Assembly: GCA_964549305.1 (NCBI GenBank)
Contig: CAZJVM010000032.1
Span: 1 to 31,059, forward strand
Length of the DNA stretch: 31,059 bases
Direction: 5' to 3'
Source: an uncultured bacterium
GTDB lineage: Bacteria > Schekmanbacteria > GWA2-38-11 > J061
In this document: piece by piece, positions 1 to 8,805 of the stretch
How positions within the stretch are numbered: the stretch's first letter is position 1
How the letters are laid out: every line of letters starts with the position of its first letter
The notes under the pieces: generated by a model
Databases searched by the model: none
What the model was told of the DNA's origin: nothing
What the model saw: the letters and a program-made list of their open reading frames with translations, nothing else
Made by a program: the position numbers and the translations under genes

Positions 1-2
1 TT

Positions 3-150
3 GTCATCTTCCGGCTTGACCGGAAGATCCAGAAAATCTTAAAAGCCGGATTCACCAGTCAAGCAGGGGAATGACTGTGATGTTGTGGATTTCCCAATCA
101 AAGGCTATGACCTTTTACTTTTTGATTTACCTATCACATCGGGCTATGAT
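3..150. repeat. REP-like palindromic repeat cluster: inverted pair 3-32 / 46-75 plus two decayed copies at ~86-111 and ~121-150
   Basis: GTCATCTTCCGGCTTGACCGGAAGATCCAG (3-32) has an internal hairpin ATCTTCCGG-CTTGA-CCGGAAGAT. The reverse complement of 46-75 is GTCATTCCCCTGCTTGACTGGTGAATCCGG, which aligns to it. TGGATTTCCCAATCAAAGGCTATGAC and TTGATTTACCTATCACATCGGGCTATGAT look like eroded copies of the second unit. Confidence 0.75.
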
Positions 151-301
151 TGTGGCGTTTCAAGATTACGCGAACAACTTAGGTCATGGCTATCGCGTTA
201 TTTAATAATCGCCTTGATTTTCCAAACTTTATATATAATCTTCTTTAACAATTTCAAAAACCTTATCTTTTTTTCAGTTCTTTAATCAGGGGAGGGTTAT
301 T

Positions 302-1117
302 ATGGATTTTCCAAAAAGAATCAATTATTCCATTGACAACATTGAGCGCTCTATTGTGGCAGACAGCGAAGTGGGAAACAAATATACAAAGGCACAGAAG
401 AAAAAACTCCACAATGAGAAAAAAAAACTTCTCAACAATTATCCCGAGCTTAAAGAAATAATCGATATGCGCCATATTTATAAATACCCAATCGAAGGCG
501 TAAAAAATTTCGGGCGCGTTGCGGTATTGCCTCCTGAGATTGTAATAAGCGACAACAGGATAAAGGATATGTGCCAGAACCAGTTATGGACTTCCTTCGT
601 ATCTCAAAAAACCAACAAGCGAGAATCCCGTTTCACCCGTTGTCCCGGACTTGAAACACGCTCATCTTGCCCGTATTTTTCACCTCCCGCAAAGAAGGTT
701 CGCGGATTGCTTGACAGGTCTGACATATTTATTGCCCTTCAGTCAAAACTATTCAACGAATTCGGACACGTGCAGTGGGAGTTTAAAACCATCAATAGAC
801 TAAGAGAAGATATTGAAGGCGTTCTCGGCAAAAAAGCCATTATTCAGCAATTCGGTGCGGGTCCCTGCCAGTCCTGTTATCCTCATCACTGCCTTGAATA
901 TGGCAAATGCAGGACACCTGAAAGACAGACTCCCGCGCTTGAATCGATGGGAATTCCCGTAGGGCAACTCTGCAGGGATACTGCATATCTCACAGGAGAA
1001 AAAGCGTGGGAAATTAAATGGATTAAGCACTTCGGGCTTCCCAATATGACTCCCAAGAAGTGGAAGGTGGTTTTCGGGCTTGCCGTAAAACTTCCGGGAA
1101 AAGGAAGGACGCATTAA
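302..1117 (+). CDS. DUF2284-like predicted metal-binding protein
   Basis: Cys pattern RIKDMC...RCPG...SCPYFSPP and GAGPCQSC..HC....CRTPERQTPALESMGIPV resembles DUF2284. GGGAGG RBS upstream. Confidence 0.75.
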   Translation: MDFPKRINYSIDNIERSIVADSEVGNKYTKAQKKKLHNEKKKLLNNYPELKEIIDMRHIYKYPIEGVKNFGRVAVLPPEIVISDNRIKDMCQNQLWTSFVSQKTNKRESRFTRCPGLETRSSCPYFSPPAKKVRGLLDRSDIFIALQSKLFNEFGHVQWEFKTINRLREDIEGVLGKKAIIQQFGAGPCQSCYPHHCLEYGKCRTPERQTPALESMGIPVGQLCRDTAYLTGEKAWEIKWIKHFGLPNMTPKKWKVVFGLAVKLPGKGRTH

Positions 1118-1135
1118 AATCGGAATATTTTTCAG

Positions 1136-2995
1136 CTACCTTCTGCGTGAAAAATTCGGATTGAGTTTTACTGCCTCATCATAATGCGCTTTAGCGTCGG
1201 AAAACTTTCCGAGCTTTTTATAAAGCGCTGCAAGGTTGAAGTGCGCACGGGCGAATTCAGGATTAATTGTTATTGCTTTTTTAAAATGCATTATCGCTTC
1301 ACCTGTTAAATCTTTATAGGCATAAGCAATTGCAATGTTGTTATGAATTTCCGCGGATTCCGGTTTGACCGAAAGAGCAGATTCATATTCTTCAATTGCT
1401 TTATCAATTTTCCCCTTGCTCATATATGCCATTCCAAGATTGCTGTGCGCCTCCGCGCTTGATGGCTTTAATTTAAGGGCTGACAAAAAATAATTAATTG
1501 CCCTGTCGGGATTGCCGGCATTCTGAAATATTATCCCAAGATTGGAATACGCTTCGAAATCGCGAGGATTCAGACGAAGGTCTTTTCTGTAGTAATCCAC
1601 TGCCTTTGGTAAGTTTCCAAGCCCCTGATAGATTGTGCCCAGGTTGTAATATGTGGCGGGATAAAAAGGGTCTATTTTTAACGATTCTTCATAATATTCA
1701 ATTGCCTTGTATGGAAATCCCGCCATCTGACAGGAATAGGCGAGATTCCCCTGCGCCCTTGCGTTTCGCGGCGCTTTTTCAACGGCATCCGTCCACAAAG
1801 ATATTCCGCTTTTGTAGTCATTGTTTCTGTCGTATGTAGCTGCGGAAAAAAGAATAACGAGCAACGAACCACTTATAATCAGCGCTCTTTTAAAACTGTA
1901 ATTTTCAAGTTTAATAAAAAGGGAGACGGAGAAAAAGGAAATGCCGGCAAGAGAGAGGTAAAGCCATCTTTCGGACATAAGGTCGCTTAGGGGAAAAAGA
2001 ATAAAAGGGAGAATCGTTATAAGAATCCAGAGAAGAGAAAAGGAAAGAAGACGCCAATGTTTAAAGGATGTTTTGATAATGAAAAGAAGCGCCCCCCACA
2101 GGATAATCGAAAAGAAAAAGGAGAATGAAAAGATGGAATTCTCCAGTGGAAAATAGTGGGCAATATTAAGATTTACGGGAATGAAAAATTTAAAAAGAAA
2201 TTTGGGAACTATGGAAAGTTCGGTAATTATGTGGGAATATAAATTTCTCTGAGTGCTGTCAGGGCTTGCAAGTTTAAAGACAAATCTGAATTTTATGAAG
2301 ATTAGAAGTAAAGCTATGAAAAAGGAAGGAGCATAAAAGTATTTAAGCTTTTCCTCCTTTTTATCTTTCGATAAAAGAAAATAAAAATCATATACAAGTA
2401 CGAGCAAAGGGAAAATGATGGAAATCTCCTTGCTTCCCACGGCAAGCACGAAGGCAAGCAGAGAGAGAAAAGAGTTAGGTCTCTTAAAGTCGTCGCCTCC
2501 GTAAGCAATGATGAAAAAAAAGAGTCCCAGGAGAATGAAAAAAGCGCTTAGAAGCGATGAACGGCTTGAAATATAGGTGACAGACTCAGTTGCAAGAGGA
2601 TGGACGGCAAAAAGGAGCGTAGAGATAAGTGAAAAACAGTAATTCCCTTTTCTATAAATCAAAATCATCGTGCGGTTTAAGATGTAAAAGAGAATACAGG
2701 AGGTTAATAAGTGCAGTAGCAAATTTACTATATGATATCCCGTGACATGGAGGGAATTTACCTTATAGTTTAAGACAAATGTTAACATCAAAACCGGGCG
2801 TTGCGCTTTTTCCGGAAGACTTTTTAAAAAAGCGCCCATTCCCCTAATATGAGGATTGTCCCTGATTACATATATGTCGTCATAGTGAAAAGGCACATTG
2901 AAGGTGTTGGAATATGCCGCAAGCGTGAATATTAAAATCAGCAGATATGCTGTTAAATAAAGAATTGCAGAATTTGATTTTCCGCTTTTATTCAA
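1136..2995 (-). CDS. TMTC-like GT-C membrane glycosyltransferase with C-terminal TPR array
   Basis: Multiple TM helices; motifs FHYDD, QRP, YHIVNLLLH, FAVHPLATESVTYISSRS, SKE, ERWLYL; about 6-7 tandem 34-aa TPRs (e.g. AEAHSNLGMAYMSKGKIDKAIEEYESALSVKP). TTG start. Confidence 0.88.
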   Translation of the reverse strand: MNKSGKSNSAILYLTAYLLILIFTLAAYSNTFNVPFHYDDIYVIRDNPHIRGMGAFLKSLPEKAQRPVLMLTFVLNYKVNSLHVTGYHIVNLLLHLLTSCILFYILNRTMILIYRKGNYCFSLISTLLFAVHPLATESVTYISSRSSLLSAFFILLGLFFFIIAYGGDDFKRPNSFLSLLAFVLAVGSKEISIIFPLLVLVYDFYFLLSKDKKEEKLKYFYAPSFFIALLLIFIKFRFVFKLASPDSTQRNLYSHIITELSIVPKFLFKFFIPVNLNIAHYFPLENSIFSFSFFFSIILWGALLFIIKTSFKHWRLLSFSLLWILITILPFILFPLSDLMSERWLYLSLAGISFFSVSLFIKLENYSFKRALIISGSLLVILFSAATYDRNNDYKSGISLWTDAVEKAPRNARAQGNLAYSCQMAGFPYKAIEYYEESLKIDPFYPATYYNLGTIYQGLGNLPKAVDYYRKDLRLNPRDFEAYSNLGIIFQNAGNPDRAINYFLSALKLKPSSAEAHSNLGMAYMSKGKIDKAIEEYESALSVKPESAEIHNNIAIAYAYKDLTGEAIMHFKKAITINPEFARAHFNLAALYKKLGKFSDAKAHYDEAVKLNPNFSRRR

Positions 2996-3009
2996 AACTT
3001 ATCCCGCAA

Positions 3010-3723
3010 CTATATTTTCTTTGAAAAAATTTGGAATCCCGAACATTCCCCGAATAATTTTAAAACCTTCCTGTAAAGCGGATTAAATATTATCCGTAAT
3101 CCGGCAAATATCATTATCAGGGAGGTTATCCGAATCGGGAATGAGGCAATGTCTATCCAGTTTTCACCACCAGAGGGAATATGAGATATCCCTGTCCATA
3201 ACTTCATCGACAACATTAACATCGCGCAGGTCAAAAGCGAAATTCCGGAAATCACTCCTCCCGATGGTTTGTCTGCACTGTCCTTTTCGAAGCTCACCAC
3301 ATTTTTCATTCCGGGAATGAGAAACAATAAAAAGACCAGAAGGGTAAATGCATTCACGTAAAATCTGAAATTCCCCGGTACAGACGTGCCGCGCACAGTT
3401 TCGGAAAGTATCGTTTGGGCACCTGAGAAAACAACGCCCAGTATTAGCACGGTGAGAGTAGTGCGGTAAATTCCCCGGCGTTTGCCAATGAGCTTCACAA
3501 CGGCAATGGCGCCCCATATTCCGATTGCAATACTCCCGGCAACGAAAATTTTATATATGTTTTTGTATGGAATAAGAGATTTCATCGCTTCATAGTCTTC
3601 GGGATTAAACGCCGCGCATATTGTGCCGGCGCCTCCAAGTAGAGTAAGAAGCACTGTTATCACCATTAGAAAAACCAAAAATCCGAAAATAATTTTCCCC
3701 AACACACCGTTTTCGCGCGACAT
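3010..3723 (-). CDS. Hypothetical integral membrane protein (~6 TM)
   Basis: 237-aa ORF with about six hydrophobic segments, AAGGA RBS upstream, 14 bp from the TMTC-like gene on the same strand. Confidence 0.8.
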   Translation of the reverse strand: MSRENGVLGKIIFGFLVFLMVITVLLTLLGGAGTICAAFNPEDYEAMKSLIPYKNIYKIFVAGSIAIGIWGAIAVVKLIGKRRGIYRTTLTVLILGVVFSGAQTILSETVRGTSVPGNFRFYVNAFTLLVFLLFLIPGMKNVVSFEKDSADKPSGGVISGISLLTCAMLMLSMKLWTGISHIPSGGENWIDIASFPIRITSLIMIFAGLRIIFNPLYRKVLKLFGECSGFQIFSKKI

Positions 3724-3884
3724 TTGAATTATCCTTTTAATTATAGGGTTTCATTTTTTTAATTGGGAATTTACTAAATATAAATGTGACATTGCCATTT
3801 TTTTCAATATTAATTAGAGTAGGCATAATATAGATATTACCATTTCTTTCAGAAATACCATTATAAAAATTCATATTTACAACA

Positions 3885-4367
3885 ATGGATAAAAAAATAA
3901 AATTTATCTTGAACGGCAATCCGGTTATTTCCAAATCCGCCCCTAACCGCACTCTTCTCTGGGTGCTTCGAACGGATTTTCAGTTGACTGGTACAAAATA
4001 CGGGTGTGGAGAAGGTCATTGTGGTGCCTGCACGGTTTTAGTGAACAACGAAGCCGTCAGGTCGTGCCAGATGACCGTAAAAGATGTTGCAGAAAAAGAA
4101 GTTGTCACAATCGAAGGACTTACCTTAGACGGAAATCTTCATCCTCTTCAAAAAGCTTTCATAGAGCATAACGCCTTTCAATGCGCTTTCTGCACATCCG
4201 GGATGATACTTAATGCCTATGGCCTTTTAATGAAAAACCCGAAACCTTCACAAAACGAAATAATTGAAGGAATGAACGATAATCTTTGCCGTTGCGGCGC
4301 GCATATAAGAATAATCAGAGCAATTGAAAGCGCGGCAGTTGAGATGAATGAAGGGAAAAAAGCGTGA
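3885..4367 (+). CDS. 2x[2Fe-2S] small subunit of a xanthine-oxidase-family molybdenum hydroxylase (IorA/CoxS-like)
   Basis: GTKYGCGEGHCGACTV..RSC and QCAFCTSG..NLCRC motifs; GTGA overlap with the large subunit. Confidence 0.95.
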   Translation: MDKKIKFILNGNPVISKSAPNRTLLWVLRTDFQLTGTKYGCGEGHCGACTVLVNNEAVRSCQMTVKDVAEKEVVTIEGLTLDGNLHPLQKAFIEHNAFQCAFCTSGMILNAYGLLMKNPKPSQNEIIEGMNDNLCRCGAHIRIIRAIESAAVEMNEGKKA

Positions 4368-6523
4368 AAGACTCAGGCTTTATAGATATTAATTTTACGG
4401 ATATCAAAACTCTAAAGCCGTTAAAGAGAAGAAGTTTCCTTAAACTTTTGGGAAGCGGTATTATTGTCCTCTTTTCCCTCGACTCGTCGGCTTTTCAGGA
4501 GGCAATCAAGAAAAGAGGTTTCCTTGAAATTACCGCCTATGACCTCACTTCCTTTTTGAGAATCGGAGAAGACGGCAGAGTTACCTGCCTTACGGGAAAA
4601 ATCGAGATGGGACAGGGCGCGATAACATCGCTGACACAGATTATATCCGAGGAGCTTGAGATACCGATTTCATCTGTAGATATGATTATGGGCGACACGG
4701 ATGTATGCCCATGGGATTTAGGCACATTCGGTTCGATGACTATGAGATTTTTTGGAGTCGAACTTAAAAATGCCGCAGCAGAGGCGAGGGCAGTATTGAT
4801 ACAGCTTGCCTCTGAAGAACTAAAAGTGCCGAAAGAAAAACTTTCTATTCGCAACGGAGAAATCTTTAACCGGGAAAAGAGCGAACAGAAAATCACATAT
4901 GGCGCACTTGCAAAAAAGAAGAAGATAGAAAAACGACTCGATTTAAAATCAGACGCTAAAAAACCTTCCGATTTTTCGGTAATCGGGAAAGACGTAAAAA
5001 GGGTGGACGCTTCCGTTAAAGTAACCGGTAAAGCAAAATACGCAGGTGATATTCATTTCCCAGATATGCTCTATGCGAAGATTCTGAGACCTCCGGCACA
5101 TAACGCGACAATTAAATCGGCGGATATGTCCGCCTTAAAGGAAATTGGCGATATTCTCTTAATCGAGGAAGGCGGTCTGACTGCGGTGCTTCATAAATAT
5201 CCCGATGTCGCCGAAAGGGCATTGGCAAAAATTCAAGCGGAATATGAAATTCCCCCTTCAAACCTCAACGAAAAGAATATTTCCGAACACCTTCTTACCT
5301 TTTCACTCAAGGGGAAAACAAACGGGAAAGGGGGTAATCTTCAGGAAGGAAGAAAAAAATCTTCAAAAATAGTCGAAAAAACATATTCCAACGGCTATAT
5401 AGCTCACGCGCCTATAGAAACGCATACTGCCGTTGCAAAGTGGGAAGGAGACAAGATTACTGTCTGGGCATCTACGCAAACACCCTTTCTTCTGCAAAGT
5501 GAAATCTCAAGAGAATTGAAAATACCCCTTAGCAAGGTGCGAATATTGACTCCTTTTGTGGGCGGAGGATTCGGGGGAAAAACTGAAAACAGACAGGCAG
5601 TCGATGCGGCTATTCTTGCAAGGACGGCAAAAAAACCGGTTCAGGTTATGAGAAGCAGAAGAGAAGAATTTTTCTTCGATATTTTTATGCCCGCGTCGGT
5701 AGTTAAAATCAAATCGGGAATGGACGGCAACGGAAAAATCGTTTACTGGGATTACAATGTTTATTTCGCAGGTGAAAGAGGAGGGGAGCATTTCTACGAT
5801 ATTGCGCACCATTCCACCGTTACATACGGCGGAGGAATGAAACCGATTCCCGGCACTCATCCCTTCGCGACAGGACCCTGGCGTGCTCCGGCAAACAATA
5901 CCAACACATTCGCCAGAGAATCGCAAATTGACATAATGGCGGAAAAAGCGGGAATCGATCCCTTTGAATTCAGACTGAAAAACCTGAAGAATGAACGGAT
6001 GAAAAAAGCTTTGAAAGAAGCGGCAACGGTTTTCGGATGGAAAGAGCGAAAGAAGAGCGAGTCGGCGGGATTCGGAGTATCCTGCAGTTTAGACGCGGAC
6101 ACCTGCGTTGCCGCGATTGCCGAAGTAGAGGTTGACAGGGCAACAGGAAATATCCACGTCAAGCGAATTGTGTGCGCTCAGGATATGGGACTCATAGTAA
6201 ATCCCGAAGGGGCAAAGATGCAGGTCGAGGGATGCCTGACCATGGGACTGGGTTACGCGCTTTCTGAAGAAATTCATTTTACCGGAGGAGAGATTACCGA
6301 AGAGAATTTCGACACCTACCAAATACCACGATTTTCGCAGGTTCCCCATATTGAGACAATTTTAATCGATAACAAAAACTCTCTGCCTTACGGAGGGGGA
6401 GAACCGGCAATAACCTGCATGGGAGGATTGATCGCCAATGCCGTTTATGATGCAGTAGGAGTGAGGTTGTTCAGCTTTCCGCTTACTCCGGAAAAAATCA
6501 TGGCAAAGCTTGGAACCGCCTGA
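4364..6523 (+). CDS. Molybdopterin-binding large subunit, IorB/aldehyde oxidoreductase type, with Tat motif
   Basis: KRRSFLK followed by a hydrophobic stretch; EMGQG near the N-terminus (IorB-type domain order), KVTGKAKYAGD, GGGFGGK, WRAP, GGGEP catalytic Glu motif. Confidence 0.93.
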   Translation: MKDSGFIDINFTDIKTLKPLKRRSFLKLLGSGIIVLFSLDSSAFQEAIKKRGFLEITAYDLTSFLRIGEDGRVTCLTGKIEMGQGAITSLTQIISEELEIPISSVDMIMGDTDVCPWDLGTFGSMTMRFFGVELKNAAAEARAVLIQLASEELKVPKEKLSIRNGEIFNREKSEQKITYGALAKKKKIEKRLDLKSDAKKPSDFSVIGKDVKRVDASVKVTGKAKYAGDIHFPDMLYAKILRPPAHNATIKSADMSALKEIGDILLIEEGGLTAVLHKYPDVAERALAKIQAEYEIPPSNLNEKNISEHLLTFSLKGKTNGKGGNLQEGRKKSSKIVEKTYSNGYIAHAPIETHTAVAKWEGDKITVWASTQTPFLLQSEISRELKIPLSKVRILTPFVGGGFGGKTENRQAVDAAILARTAKKPVQVMRSRREEFFFDIFMPASVVKIKSGMDGNGKIVYWDYNVYFAGERGGEHFYDIAHHSTVTYGGGMKPIPGTHPFATGPWRAPANNTNTFARESQIDIMAEKAGIDPFEFRLKNLKNERMKKALKEAATVFGWKERKKSESAGFGVSCSLDADTCVAAIAEVEVDRATGNIHVKRIVCAQDMGLIVNPEGAKMQVEGCLTMGLGYALSEEIHFTGGEITEENFDTYQIPRFSQVPHIETILIDNKNSLPYGGGEPAITCMGGLIANAVYDAVGVRLFSFPLTPEKIMAKLGTA

Positions 6524-6561
6524 TTGTTTTATGAAATGCTTCTTTGAGTAAAAAAAGTTTT

Positions 6562-6590
6562 TTGACAACAGCAACGCTTCATTATTTAAT
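6562..6590 (+). promoter_or_regulatory. Possible sigma70 promoter for the flavin-binding gene
   Basis: TTGACA (6562-6567), 17 bp spacer, TTTAAT (6585-6590). The -10 is imperfect and the background is AT-rich. Confidence 0.35.
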
Positions 6591-6635
6591 ATTTTCATCC
6601 GGAAACAGATATTAAACTTTTTTTGGGAGCCAAAA

Positions 6636-7094
6636 ATGAAAGATTTAAGCAAAGAGGAAATAACGGATTTGCTAAACAAAATAGGCGACGGCACTCTTTC
6701 ACTTTCCGAAGACAACAAACCCTACGGTATACCCTTTGGTTTCGTTTATGTGGATGGCAAGATATATCTTTCAATGTTTCCTATGGGCAGGAAGTGGGAA
6801 ATTTACAAAAATAACGATAATGTCTGCTTCTCCGTATTCGAATGGAATGACGATCATTCGGAGTGGGCATCGGTGGTAGTTGACGGGAAGATGAAGATAG
6901 TAAAAGATATTGATGAAATTGAACTTGTGGTGAGAGAAAATATAAAAAAGGTAGGGCTTAATCCGGAAGGTTACATTGAAAAGAGAATGGAGATGTATAA
7001 AAAAAATCTCGACAACCCCAAGTCTCTTAAAATTTTAAGGATAGATACCGAATCAATTACCGGGAAAAAGATGAAAACTTTGATTGGTTCATAA
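6636..7094 (+). CDS. Pyridoxamine 5'-phosphate oxidase-like / Nim-like FMN-binding split-barrel protein
   Basis: GTLSLSEDNKPYGIPFGF, GRK, NDNVCFSV, WASVVVDG and terminal ITGKK are typical of this family. GGGAG RBS. Confidence 0.88.
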   Translation: MKDLSKEEITDLLNKIGDGTLSLSEDNKPYGIPFGFVYVDGKIYLSMFPMGRKWEIYKNNDNVCFSVFEWNDDHSEWASVVVDGKMKIVKDIDEIELVVRENIKKVGLNPEGYIEKRMEMYKKNLDNPKSLKILRIDTESITGKKMKTLIGS

Positions 7095-7128
7095 TATTTT
7101 AAACCAGGCAATGTGTTTTTTTCACTGA

Positions 7129-8805
7129 ATGGAAAAACCTAATAATAATTTTTCACTTACACTCCTGATTTTTGTAATCCTATGTATTTCGGTTTTTTTT
7201 CTTTTCAAAAATCTGGGAGAAATACCTTTCTGGCAGGATGAAGGCGAAACTGCCGTAATTGCATCAAACATTCTTGATACAGGAATACCTGTTGCCTGGG
7301 ACGGCAAAAACCTTGTTTCATCATTAAACGGTTATGACTTCAATGATGATTTAGTCTGGACATGGCATCCGTGGGGACAGTTTTATACTGCGGCACTTTC
7401 CTTTCTTATCCTCGACAAAACAACCTTTGCGGGGCGTTTTCCCTTTGCCCTTGCCGGTTTATTTACAATAATACTGACATATATTATTACTGCAAAGATA
7501 ACAGGAAACAGAAAAACCGCCATTCTTGCGGCATTTCTTCTTGCAATAAATATGCAGTTTATTCTTTTCTCAAGACAGTGCAGATACTACGCATTGCTTC
7601 CGCTTTTTTCACTCATTGCCGCATACTCGCTTAGCTTTATTGACAAAAGAAAGGGTTTCTATCTTTTCATTTTATCTTCGACAATGCTTTTTCATTCAAA
7701 TTATGCGCCTTTCCCCTTTGTAATGGCAGGCGCTTTTTTATTTGTATGCCTCTCGCGAGAAAGAAACAAAATTGAAAATTTTTTCATTTCCCTTATCCCT
7801 ATAGGACTTTTAACGGTACCGTGGTTTGTTTACTCAGAAGCATATATGAGGATTTCTGAGATTTCTCCCGAAAACAGGATTAAAAACTACATACTTCAGT
7901 TGCAGGATATGCTTTATCTCGTAAATGAATATATGTTTCCCCTCATACTCTTACTGCCTTTGATTTATCTCTTTTTCAGGAAATGCGAAGGAGAAAGAAA
8001 ACTTGCTCTTTTATGCCTTTGCTTCTCAATGCCCGTTATCTTTCTTCTCCCCTATGTAAGTTACACGCAATTTATAATTGGAATCAGATATGCCACGGGA
8101 TGCTTCCCCTTTATGTCAATACTCGGCGCCATATCTATTATGATTGTCATTAAAAAGAAGCGCATTTGGGGCATTCTTCTTCTCGCCTTTTTTATATTTA
8201 CGGGCCTGTTTTCGTGGTTTCCCTCCTATATATTCAGGACAATGAAATCGGAAAGTCCAAAATATAAAGTTCTTCCTTTCTCAGAAGAATTGACAAATGC
8301 ATTTGCATCAAAGATTGTTTACAGGGAATTTTTATATGAATTGAACAATGAATACAGAAGTCCCGTTGGAGGAATCTCGGATTTTCTGAATGAAAATGCA
8401 TCACCTGATGACACAGTCCTGACCAATTATGAACGCGACCCTCTTGTTTTTTATACTCACAGAAAAATGGCTTATATTCTCTCCAATGAAAAGTTTTTTC
8501 GTGAATCGATACCCGCGCCAAGATACAATGCAGTGCTCGAAGATAAATTGCCTGACTATATTTTTTCTGCGGAAAAAACCGACTGGCTTATTGAAAGAAG
8601 CAATTATCCTAAACGGCTTTATGATTTTGAATCAATAAAAGATGAGCTTGAAAAGAAGGGATTGATAGAAAAGATTTATTATATCTCCTTTCCCGATATT
8701 CCCTGGAGCAACAGGGCAGACCTTAGATATCACAAATTCAGAACAGCGGAAAATTATCCTCCCGTAAAAATTTATAAAATCAAAAAACAGAAAATATCCG
8801 ATTAA
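7129..8805 (+). CDS. GT-C fold membrane glycosyltransferase (ArnT/PMT_2-like)
   Basis: PFWQDEG in the first loop, HPWGQFY, GRFPFALAG, SRQCRYY, many TM helices, soluble C-terminal domain. Confidence 0.85.
   Translation: MEKPNNNFSLTLLIFVILCISVFFLFKNLGEIPFWQDEGETAVIASNILDTGIPVAWDGKNLVSSLNGYDFNDDLVWTWHPWGQFYTAALSFLILDKTTFAGRFPFALAGLFTIILTYIITAKITGNRKTAILAAFLLAINMQFILFSRQCRYYALLPLFSLIAAYSLSFIDKRKGFYLFILSSTMLFHSNYAPFPFVMAGAFLFVCLSRERNKIENFFISLIPIGLLTVPWFVYSEAYMRISEISPENRIKNYILQLQDMLYLVNEYMFPLILLLPLIYLFFRKCEGERKLALLCLCFSMPVIFLLPYVSYTQFIIGIRYATGCFPFMSILGAISIMIVIKKKRIWGILLLAFFIFTGLFSWFPSYIFRTMKSESPKYKVLPFSEELTNAFASKIVYREFLYELNNEYRSPVGGISDFLNENASPDDTVLTNYERDPLVFYTHRKMAYILSNEKFFRESIPAPRYNAVLEDKLPDYIFSAEKTDWLIERSNYPKRLYDFESIKDELEKKGLIEKIYYISFPDIPWSNRADLRYHKFRTAENYPPVKIYKIKKQKISD

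Noticed and set aside
3-150. CRISPR array
   Set aside because: Units are inverted and degenerate, spacers are too short and no cas genes are present.
85-285. 66-aa ORF
   Set aside because: Overlies the decayed repeats and an AT-rich promoter region; no recognisable motif.
419-427. Poly-A run (and similar A/T runs) as phase-variation sites
   Set aside because: Frames are intact and such runs are common at this base composition (Lys/Phe codons).
3782-3803. CRP/FNR-like site AAATGTGACATTGCCATTT in the divergent promoter
   Set aside because: Only one good half-site in very AT-rich DNA.
6521-6523. TGA ending the Mo subunit as selenocysteine or recoding
   Set aside because: Protein ends at the normal family C-terminus (PLTPEKI); no evidence of read-through.
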